Below are positions 8,298 through 16,472 of a stretch of 64,000 nt of DNA, one piece after another. Within the stretch, counting starts at the first letter, position 1. Each line of letters opens with the position of its first letter. This DNA is from an uncultured Luminiphilus sp. GTDB lineage: Bacteria > Pseudomonadota > Gammaproteobacteria > Pseudomonadales > Halieaceae. A program made the translations under genes and the position numbers. The stretch spans positions 15,758 through 79,757 of the forward strand of contig CALSTK010000004.1 in assembly GCA_943789245.1 (NCBI GenBank). Direction: 5' to 3'. The notes under the pieces were generated by a model. That model ran no database searches and was not told where the DNA came from. It saw only the letters and a list, made by a program, of their open reading frames with translations.

Positions 8298-8395
8298 AGG
8301 GTGGCGAAGCCAGTCGACAAACGCGACCTTAGGAGCGTTTAGTCCGCCAGAACAACGCGAAGGCGCCCGCAGGGTTCAATCTGGCTGGTCCTACC
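8298..8395 (+). repeat. tRNA-T-arm-derived element, copy C: tandem to B, lacks the 29-nt insertion and the anticodon-loop part
   Basis: GCCAGTCGACAAACGCGACCTTAGGAGCGTTTAGTCCGCC...GCGAAGGCGCCCGCAGGGTTCAATCTGGCTGGTCCTACC is nearly identical to B except for one loop (gcagcaaa versus agaacaac). A T7 run follows. Confidence 0.55.
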
Positions 8396-8450
8396 TCCTA
8401 TTTTTTTGGGGCCGATTGTCCAGCACCGCACAGATGAATACATCATGGGC

Positions 8451-8869
8451 TCAATCCTGCTCTTCCATGAATTGGGTATCCACCACAATTAACTCTCGAT
8501 AGCACTCAGGCATTTCCCATCCGCCTGTGTAGCCCTTCGGCACTATCAGCGACTCACCAGCTTTGTACGTGTACTCGCCTCCACTGTCGGGCCTTAAAAT
8601 CAAAGTACCCTCTAGAACCGTTATGAACTCATCATAGACAGCGCCCTCGATTCTGACCTTGCCCGGCTTCGACTCATACACTGACACCATGATATTGCCT
8701 GTGTGGAAATTGTAGCGTTCTGAACCCTGTGGATTCGCCCTCACCCGTTATACCTTCACCCTCGAACTCTGCCGGGTCACCTGTAACCAGCCCCTCGCCG
8801 TCGAGAAAATGCTGCGGCAATAGAAATAGGTAACGCCGAATCGGGGTTCTTAGACTTCTTTTCACTCAT
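8451..8869 (-). pseudogene. DUF861/cupin_3-type cupin, apparently disrupted by two frameshifts
   Basis: Three frames together give MSEKKSKNPDSALPISIAAAF | LDGEGLVTGDPAEFEGEGITGEG | ANPQGSERYNFHTGNIMVSVYES...WEMPECYRELIVV. This aligns with each half of the tandem cupin at 12485-13354 (for example DPEVLPLRVDALLED). The shifts are at the A4/T4 run at 8806-8809 and near 8735-8742. Confidence 0.6.
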
Positions 8870-8958
8870 CTCGTGATCTCGTCAACGACCTTAAATACCA
8901 AAGGGTACTGTCCTGACTCACTCAAGGTCCGACCTTAAAAATGCACAAGACCCGACTC

Positions 8959-10485
8959 TCAATGTTCATCTAGTGTTCGCAGCTCACGGCGCATGACCTT
9001 CCCGGTACTGGTTTTCGGCAGATCTTCAACGAACTGAACGGCCCGAGGGACTTTATAAGCCGCCAAGTGCTCGCGGCAATAGTCGATAATCGCCTGTGCG
9101 GAGGGTGTTACACCAACCTTAGGCACAATGTACGCCTTGGCCAGCTCACCTTTTTCCGCGTCAGGAATGCTACCCACAGCGACCAATGCGACGTGCGGGT
9201 GGCCTGCAACCACGCGCTCGATTTCTGCCGGATAGACGTTGTAGCCTGCAGTGAGAATCATGTCTTTCTTCCGATCCACAATGAACACACAGCCATCATC
9301 GTCCATGGAGGCGAGATCCCCCGTGTGCAGCCAGCCATCGGGTTCGATTGTTTCCTGTGTCGCTTTGTCATTGCCGTAATAACCCTGCATTACAATGCCG
9401 CCCCTAATCATCAACTCCCCGACTTCACCTTTCGGTAGGCTTTTGTTCGGATCCTCAGCGTCGGCAATCCGAGCCTCTGTATAAGGAAGTGCGACGCCGA
9501 TTGATCCGTGCTTCACCGGGCCATTAGATGCAAATGTGGTTCCGAGTCCACCCAACTCAGTCATTCCCCACAGCTCGATAAGAGGGCAGCCAAAGCGCGC
9601 TTCAACCTCCTCCATTTTCGGCTTGGGCATGGTCTGCCCACCCACGGTACAACAACGAAGCGATGACAGGTCATACCGATCTAAGTCCGGATGGTTCAGC
9701 AGGAACATGAACATCGTTGGCACACCCTCAAACATCGTTGCTCTGTGTGTCTGAATACTTTCTAACACGGCCTGTTCATCAAATACGGGGTGTAACACCA
9801 AGGTCATACCCGACTGAACTGCACCACTCATCACCACATTGCCATATACGTGAGGGCAAGGAAGTGCCGTGACTACAGTGTCTCGGTCAGAGCGCTGGTG
9901 CATCAGCGCCGTCATCGCCACGTTGAGAACGATACTCCTGTGCGAAAGGCAGGCGCCTTTCGGATGGCCAGTCGTACCAGAGGTATAACCGATGGTAGAT
10001 AAACTATCTGGGTCGATCTCACCCATAGTGAACTCGTCGCTTGCGGACGCGAGTAAATCGTTGAATGAGAGCGTGTCATCGGGTAATGCACTGTCACCAA
10101 ATGCAATCAACTGTTTAACACCGGAGTGAGCTTTTACGCCCGCGATCGATAGGGCTTTTTCGCGGGAGGCTATGACGACGGTGGCACCGCAATCATTCGC
10201 CACGAACTCCACTTCTGACGGAGTGAGCATGACATTGATAGGGTTGATCACCGCTCCTGTTTTCAGCGCGCCATAATAGCTAACCACCCATTCCCAGCAG
10301 TTACCTGAATAGAGAGTGACGCGATCACCTGGCGTGACTCCAAGAGAAGCAAGCGCGTTAGCAAAGCAATTAGATAGCCGATTCAGTTCGTTAAATGTCA
10401 GCGTTTTATCAGGACAGATCAGTGCTGTTTTATTGCCAAATTGCGCCGCTGCTTCAGCAGGGATATGACCAATCGATGGCGCCAT
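8959..10485 (-). CDS. AMP-dependent acyl-CoA synthetase/ligase (FadD-like)
   Basis: 508 aa with YTSGTTGHPKGA, GWLHTGD and a C-terminal PKTSTGKVMRREL. Confidence 0.85.
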   Translation of the reverse strand: MAPSIGHIPAEAAAQFGNKTALICPDKTLTFNELNRLSNCFANALASLGVTPGDRVTLYSGNCWEWVVSYYGALKTGAVINPINVMLTPSEVEFVANDCGATVVIASREKALSIAGVKAHSGVKQLIAFGDSALPDDTLSFNDLLASASDEFTMGEIDPDSLSTIGYTSGTTGHPKGACLSHRSIVLNVAMTALMHQRSDRDTVVTALPCPHVYGNVVMSGAVQSGMTLVLHPVFDEQAVLESIQTHRATMFEGVPTMFMFLLNHPDLDRYDLSSLRCCTVGGQTMPKPKMEEVEARFGCPLIELWGMTELGGLGTTFASNGPVKHGSIGVALPYTEARIADAEDPNKSLPKGEVGELMIRGGIVMQGYYGNDKATQETIEPDGWLHTGDLASMDDDGCVFIVDRKKDMILTAGYNVYPAEIERVVAGHPHVALVAVGSIPDAEKGELAKAYIVPKVGVTPSAQAIIDYCREHLAAYKVPRAVQFVEDLPKTSTGKVMRRELRTLDEH

Positions 10486-10581
10486 TATCTCACCTCGCTC
10501 TGTGTTCGGTTTTTGGCATTTTCAAGTCACCAAAAATGTTTGCTGTAATGTGTCACCTACGGAGTAAACACGTCGACTTCG

Positions 10582-12464
10582 TCACAAGATCTCGTTCACA
10601 GCTCTGATCGCCGCGTCGATCGCGGACTGCACGTACGCGTGTGCCTCCGTATCGGAGTTGGCGATGCTGATTCGGCCAATAGGCGCCCTTGCCAATTCAT
10701 GAGGGGCCTCCCCTGCTGGCCACTTTGGATCGTGTAAATCCATGTACTCGTAGGCGTACCCATGCGCCCAGCGATTGACGGTGATCGCCTCGACATCCGT
10801 CTTAGCATCGAAGCCCGAAGATCCAAACATACCGGTTAGCTGGCTTAGGGTAGCGGCCTCAATCTCATCGAACGACATGGAGAGCAAACGGTGCCGCCCC
10901 TGCCGACATAGATCACGGGCTGATTCTCCGCCGGTAGCCTCGGGTGCAGGTGCACTGATCATCCACACAACCAGCGGGTCATCATCCCCGGTCGGAGCTT
11001 CATAACCCCCGAGACTCACCGGTGGCGCCGAGGCCACGAGGCTGTAGAACGATCCCGGGCACTGATAACCCGATACGGCTTGTTTTCGCACCGCAGCCCC
11101 AGAACGCAAAAGAACATTGGTGCAAATAAACGGGACTTTTACGCCATAGGCTAAGTTTTGCCGCTGCTCGACCGGAACGTCTAGGGCAAAGACTTGGCAC
11201 CATGCCGGCGTACCCGGCAAGAATGCTGGAACGACACCGAACCACCCTGTTCTTGCCGTCAACTACGTAAGCTACATCAACCAATCCATCGTCTCGATTT
11301 GTGACGTTCACAGCAGTGGAATTCAGGCGCAATCGGACGCTAGCCCCCTCGCGATCGAGACGACCGTAATCAACGACTCTCGTCACAATACTCTCGGCGG
11401 CATCGCCCGACACCGCGCTTGGAACAAGATGACTAACTAATAATCTGGCGACAGAGGCGTTCCCGTCGGGAAATATCGGGTAGCGATAGAGGTCAGGATC
11501 AACCTCCTCAGCCTCGGCGCTATCAGGTGCAGGCGGCGTGACACTGGTTGCGCCCGGGGCACCTGCTTTCAGTGCTTCGTAAATCGAAACACTTTTTGCA
11601 CTGACGCCAAACAGGGCCTTAATCCAAGGCTCTACAATTTTAATTCCGCTTTCGGACATGCCGACTCGCTCCGACAAGAACGTGGCATAGACGGTCTCAT
11701 GCAGGAACTGTTCTCGCTCCTCATTAGGGATGCCCTTCAAAAAGTCCGTCTGTGCACCAATGAGGGCTATCAGTCCGGCCTCATCCGCCGCTGCCAACTC
11801 GAGCGATCGAATTGCCGCCGAAAAATCGCCAAAACCCGCCCACGTGAGATTCCAGGGACCATTGATAGACCTATCAGCCCCAAAGTCATTGGCATTGAGA
11901 TACAAACCGTGCTCGGACAAGGGGTCGCTGATCATGTATCGCAGGGTCAATCGCCTGCCTGAGGCCAGCAAAGTCAACGCCGATCTCCTCCAGCAACGCC
12001 AGAGCCGCATCGCTCATCGCGCCCTGCTCCAAGTTAAGGCTTCCACCCACGCCCAGTAGGGTCCTACCGTCAAGAGAGAACTCATTGCGCTTGGCGTGAC
12101 CACCAAAGTCATCATGGTTGTCGAGTATCAGAATTTTCGCGTCTGGCCCGGCGCGTTTTTTATAGAGGTAGGCTGCGGTTAGGCCGCTGATACCCGCACC
12201 CACGACCACCAAGTCATAGATGATATCAACGGGTGCGAAGTCGGTCGGACGCTGTCCGTGTCGGGCCAAGGCGTGCGCCACTTCATAAGAGCCTGGATGA
12301 TTACCCCGCATACCGGTCAGCGAGGGTGGATATCCCACATGCGAAAAAGTCTGACCAGAGCCGGCCAAACTGCTTAAGGGAGAGAGCGCCAGACCACCAG
12401 CCACCAGAGCCACACCATCGAGGAAATCTCGACGCGATATCTCTCGTTTAACGCCTTTTTTCAT
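10582..12464 (-). pseudogene. SpdH-like Tat-exported FAD amine dehydrogenase/oxidoreductase, paralog of 16473-18392, split into three frames
   Basis: ORFs 11886-12464, 11000-12010 and 10582-11262 are collinear with the intact 639-aa paralog. Shared segments are SRRDFL Tat motif, MRGNHPGSYEVAHAL, YDLVVVGAGISGL, ILDNHDDFGGHAKRNEF, FPDGNASVARLLV, VRLRLNST and AYGVKVPF...SLGGYEAP...ANSD. The frame changes are near 11940 and 11190. Confidence 0.75.
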
Positions 12465-12484
12465 ACAGCTATCACCCTAATGGC

Positions 12485-13354
12485 TTAACCCTCTGCCTCG
12501 TTCCAAGCAGCAGTCTCCACAACAATTTTTTCAAGGTATTGTTCAGGCATATCCCAGGTGCCTGTCCACCCTTTTGGCACCAGAAAGCCGTCACCGACAC
12601 CAAAGGTCTGACTGCTGCCATCCTCGGAGGTAAGAACTACCTGACCTTGCAGAACAAGGACATACTCATCGTAGGGGAACGGTGCGGCCACCGTTAGACG
12701 AGCCGCGTCAGCACCGTAAAGTGCGGCGACCACTTCCCCTTCATGCAACACCTTCTGGGCATGCTTATTCACCCCAGCGACAACAACACCCTCTGGCCAC
12801 GGTGGCAATGCTTCCAAGGTATCTTCTAGCAGTGCATCCACCCGCAAGGGCAGTACCTCAGGGTCAGCCTCACCTGTGGGGCGTTTGGAGCCAAACGTGG
12901 AAGCAATAGTGCTCTCGCTTTGATTCCACGCCGCAGTCTCTACAATAACCAACTCTCGAAAAGGTGTAGGCATGTCCCAGGTGCCCATCCACCCCGTGGG
13001 CACCAGGAAATGATCATTCGGTCCATAGACCTGACGATCGCCTGCGACGGAAGTCAGGACGACTGTCCCCTCGAGCACCCGCACGAACTCATCGTACGGA
13101 TAAGGCTCATTAATGCCGATAACAGCAGGCACTGACTCGTAAATGACGACAACAAACTCGCCCTCATGAAGCACTTTTTGCCCATGAGCACTTTCACCGG
13201 ATATCAGCATGCTTTCTGGCCAGGGTGGCAATGCTTGCAGTGGCTCCGTCATTAAGGACTCTGTCCTAAGTGGCAATATGGAGGAGTCAGCTTGTGAGAG
13301 TGGAGTCATTAAAGTAACCGCCAATACAAGGATGAACGTCAGTCGTTTAGTCAT
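12485..13354 (-). CDS. secreted tandem-cupin protein (2 x DUF861/cupin_3)
   Basis: Signal peptide MTKRLTFILVLAVTLMTPLSQA. The two internal repeats both contain LEALPPWPE..., KVLHEGE, PYPYDE[FY]V.VL[EQ]G.VVLTS, LVP.GW.GTWDMP and VETAAWN. Confidence 0.7.
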   Translation of the reverse strand: MTKRLTFILVLAVTLMTPLSQADSSILPLRTESLMTEPLQALPPWPESMLISGESAHGQKVLHEGEFVVVIYESVPAVIGINEPYPYDEFVRVLEGTVVLTSVAGDRQVYGPNDHFLVPTGWMGTWDMPTPFRELVIVETAAWNQSESTIASTFGSKRPTGEADPEVLPLRVDALLEDTLEALPPWPEGVVVAGVNKHAQKVLHEGEVVAALYGADAARLTVAAPFPYDEYVLVLQGQVVLTSEDGSSQTFGVGDGFLVPKGWTGTWDMPEQYLEKIVVETAAWNEAEG

Positions 13355-13387
13355 TGAATACTCCTATGTAAGCAGACACAAAGCCGA

Positions 13388-15532
13388 TCAAAAACGCATG
13401 TTCAATTCAGCTCTAATCATGCGCTTGTAACCCCAATGCAGCATAGGCCCCCAGCCAAAGTCCCCCCGTAGCGTCGCGTAATCTTTATCAGTCAGGTTAT
13501 CGACTGCGATTGCGAAGTCCCAGGCTTCACTGCTGGGCACGTAGGTAACCTTGGCGTTCATGACCCCATAACCATCCTCTTCCGAGAAGTTATCCATGTC
13601 ATGGAAATAGTCGCCTGTGTAGTTGTACATGGCGAACCAATTGAGAGTGCCGCTGGCAAAGGGTTGGTCAATCATAGCGCCTAGCGAATAGGTCGATTGG
13701 GGTGCGTACGCCAAGGTCTGACCATCGAGCACTCCAGAACCGACCTCCGCTTCGGAGTTCGCATAGTTCGCCATGAGTAGGACGCTGTCATTGGGCGCGT
13801 AATTGAGTTCAACCTCAAAGCCTCGCGAGTCGACGTCTCCCGCGTTAGCGATTTGTAGCCCCGTCTCAAGTGTCAAAGTCGCGAATTGCAGCGCCTCATA
13901 GTCGATAACGTAGAACGAGCCATTTAACTGCATCCGCCCCTCCATCATCGTCGACTTGAAGCCTAGCTCGTAGGCAGTACTGGTCTCAGGATCGAAATCG
14001 ATGATGGTCTCGGCAATAAAATCACCATCTAAGTCAGCGACTGAGGTATTAAAACCACCACCCTTGTAGCCCTGCGAAACGCTCGCGAACAGCATTGTGG
14101 CGTCACTAACGTTGTATTGAGCGATGAAGCGCGAGGTAAGCTCATCCCATTCTTTTGTCTCACACAGCTCGCCAGGCGTCGGTCCGCCAGCCTCACCAAA
14201 ATCATCCTGTAAGGTGTTTGTACACCAGTCCTTATCATCGGAGCTCCATCGAGCGCCCGCGGTCAGTGCTAGTTGATCAGATGCTTGCCAGGTGATGTCG
14301 CCGTAAATCCCCATTGATTCATTTTCTGCTTTGCTGGAGATGCGTTGGCTTCCGACCGGAAAACCGAGCGCGGTGGCTACGTAGTCAACTTCCCATCGGG
14401 AATTGTCTAAATCCTCGCTGTAATAACTCACGCCTGCGAACCAGTCGATGGCCTCGGAACCTCCACTCAACCGAAATTCTTGATAAAACGAGTCGGCATC
14501 ACCTCCGAGACCCACGGGTATATCGAGACCGCCCACCGCCCCGCCAGGAACGCCAAAGACAGCCTCGTCGATGGTAAGATCGTCGGCTGTTCCATCAACG
14601 TCCTCAAAGTAATCATTTTCACCGCTTCGCGAGTCTGTTATCGATACCAAGGTCAGTGACTCGCTCAACGACCAGGTCAAGCGCAAGCCAAAGCCGTCGT
14701 CTTTATTTTGCTCAAAGTTGGGCTGGTTAATGGCAAAACGATCTGGGTACTCAACACCCGGTTGAGCAGGATTGGTAAGGATGCTTACGGCGCTGGTGTA
14801 GTTTGTTTCGGCATCGCCCTTGTTGTATTTAAAAAGCGCTTCGAGGCTGTCAGAAATATCCCACCGAGCCGATAAGCGCAATACGTCGCTCTCGGTATAC
14901 ATTTCTTGACCGCTGTTTACCTCGGTCCACATTCCCTCCCACTTTTGGTTTTGATAGGCGAGACGCAATGCAAACGAGTCACTGAGCGCCCAGTTTCCCA
15001 CTAGCTCATAACGCCGCTGACCTTCGTCACCCATCGACAAGCCGAGGTGGAGCTCATCTTCATCACCCGGCTTATTTGTCACCAAACTGATCGCACCTGC
15101 GGCCGCATTTCTTCCAAAAAGCGTGCCTTGAGGACCCTTCACCACCTCGATGCGATTGATATCAAAAAAGTTACTGGTCGCAAAGATATTACGGCCCACG
15201 TAAGCGTCATCAATAAACACCCCGACTGAGGGTTCCGAACCAATGGTCCAGTCGTTACTACCAATACCGCGAATGGCCCAGGTGTTGGTCGCTAAACCAT
15301 AGTCAGCACCGCTTAAGCCAGCGACCATCGGAATGACTTCGGTAATCGTATTGACGCCTGTTTGCTCAAGCAGCTCCTCATTCACAGCACTGATCGAGAT
15401 CGGCACCTCCTGAAGGCTTTGCTCACGTTTCTGAGCCGTAACCAACACTTCCTCGAGTTGTGCGAAGGCGGAATTCGCTGTGAATAACACCGCGATAACA
15501 ATAGAAATCTGTTTTTTATTAATATTTTTCAT
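13388..15532 (-). CDS. TonB-dependent receptor
   Basis: Signal peptide MKNINKKQISIVIAVLFTANSAFA, plug motifs (EEVLVTAQKREQSLQEVPISISAV, IEVVKGPQGTLFGRNAAAG) and a C-terminal aromatic residue (ELNMRF). The start was moved to the ATG at 15532, which has an AAGGAG RBS. Confidence 0.9.
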   Translation of the reverse strand: MKNINKKQISIVIAVLFTANSAFAQLEEVLVTAQKREQSLQEVPISISAVNEELLEQTGVNTITEVIPMVAGLSGADYGLATNTWAIRGIGSNDWTIGSEPSVGVFIDDAYVGRNIFATSNFFDINRIEVVKGPQGTLFGRNAAAGAISLVTNKPGDEDELHLGLSMGDEGQRRYELVGNWALSDSFALRLAYQNQKWEGMWTEVNSGQEMYTESDVLRLSARWDISDSLEALFKYNKGDAETNYTSAVSILTNPAQPGVEYPDRFAINQPNFEQNKDDGFGLRLTWSLSESLTLVSITDSRSGENDYFEDVDGTADDLTIDEAVFGVPGGAVGGLDIPVGLGGDADSFYQEFRLSGGSEAIDWFAGVSYYSEDLDNSRWEVDYVATALGFPVGSQRISSKAENESMGIYGDITWQASDQLALTAGARWSSDDKDWCTNTLQDDFGEAGGPTPGELCETKEWDELTSRFIAQYNVSDATMLFASVSQGYKGGGFNTSVADLDGDFIAETIIDFDPETSTAYELGFKSTMMEGRMQLNGSFYVIDYEALQFATLTLETGLQIANAGDVDSRGFEVELNYAPNDSVLLMANYANSEAEVGSGVLDGQTLAYAPQSTYSLGAMIDQPFASGTLNWFAMYNYTGDYFHDMDNFSEEDGYGVMNAKVTYVPSSEAWDFAIAVDNLTDKDYATLRGDFGWGPMLHWGYKRMIRAELNMRF

Positions 15533-15617
15533 AGTCTTATCTCCTTGCAAGGGAAAAATATGCTGGGGTAAACACATCCCCATGTAGACGTCTGTAGACG
15601 CTCTCGAGTTAGGGGAG

Positions 15618-16361
15618 TCACCCTCCCAAAGGTGTTCGGTCACGCCTGAAAATGGCGAGCATGACGAGCAGTAAAAAGAGGAGGGGTATGAATGTGAGTC
15701 CAAACACGATCTCAATATCGGCAGCGCCAATCACGCCGGTGAGCAACAAAATCAGAGCGACGTGAAAGCCCAGGCCAAACAGGCCCAGCGACGCAGCTGC
15801 AATGGTTGAAAGTCTGTCCACACGGTCTACCGCGCCCATCATCAGGACAGCAAAAAGTGCGTAGAGCCAAAATCCGAGGTAATCGAAAGAGGTATACAGA
15901 GAAAAGGGTATGGACACGTTTAGCAGCGGGAGTAGTGTTTCAGCCATTTTGGAACCCGAGCCCCCGGTGACTGATGCCTCAGCCAACATGGGAATTGTCC
16001 AAATTGCCATGAACTTGGGAATTGCAAATGCCATAGTGGCCATAGCCACTGCGCCGACAGCGAGGATCACCCTTAGCGGTGCAACGTGACGGGCGCGCAA
16101 CGCAATAGCGAGAAAGAAGCCTGATAGGCTTAGCATTGCGATGATCTGATTCACCCAGCCCGCGACAAACGACCCCATATTTCCCGTGAGCCAAGCCAGC
16201 CGCTCGGCGTCTGTCGCGTTGGCTCCAGCGGGCGCATCCAAAGGAAGTAGCGCCGCCGCAAAACCTGTAAGGATGCACAGAATAACCGTGAAAAATCCGA
16301 ATTGATTAAGACTGCGATCAAATGATGCATCAACCATAGTGTTCGACCTGTTGCTCTGCAT
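15618..16361 (-). CDS. polytopic inner-membrane protein of unknown function
   Basis: 247 aa with about 6-7 hydrophobic segments. It is the first gene of the minus-strand string and is divergent from the intact spdH-like gene. Confidence 0.5.
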   Translation of the reverse strand: MQSNRSNTMVDASFDRSLNQFGFFTVILCILTGFAAALLPLDAPAGANATDAERLAWLTGNMGSFVAGWVNQIIAMLSLSGFFLAIALRARHVAPLRVILAVGAVAMATMAFAIPKFMAIWTIPMLAEASVTGGSGSKMAETLLPLLNVSIPFSLYTSFDYLGFWLYALFAVLMMGAVDRVDRLSTIAAASLGLFGLGFHVALILLLTGVIGAADIEIVFGLTFIPLLFLLLVMLAIFRRDRTPLGG

Positions 16362-16418
16362 TTATTCTTATTCTCCGTATCCTGTTAAATCTTTTCTGAA
16401 CCCGGACAAAGGCTTTTA

Positions 16419-16456
16419 CATGTCAAGTGACAGGTTATAACATGTCATTTGACATG
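16419..16456. promoter_or_regulatory. two tandem palindromic operator-like sites in the divergent promoter region
   Basis: CATGTCA-AG-TGACAGG at 16419-16434 and a perfect CATGTCA-TT-TGACATG at 16441-16456. Their starts are 22 bp apart, and they lie 17-54 nt upstream of the ATG at 16473. Confidence 0.5.
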
Positions 16457-16472
16457 CTGGCAAGGTTGACCA

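Noticed and set aside
8108-8332. 74-aa ORF spanning repeat copies B and C
   Set aside because: It covers a terminator hairpin and the non-coding repeat. The corresponding frame in copy D (23041-23226) is not conserved at the protein level, because the frames drift.
8674-8865. Programmed ribosomal frameshifting or recoding to explain the split cupin, yghU and FMO genes
   Set aside because: There is no slippery heptamer with a downstream structure at the junctions, and the shifts go in different directions and contexts. Mutation or sequencing error is the simpler explanation.
15583-15600. Direct repeat TGTAGACG-TC-TGTAGACG, with palindrome AGACGTCT, upstream of the TonB receptor gene as a regulator site
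   Set aside because: It is short and could arise by chance. No cognate regulator or second occurrence was found in the window. It is noted but not called.
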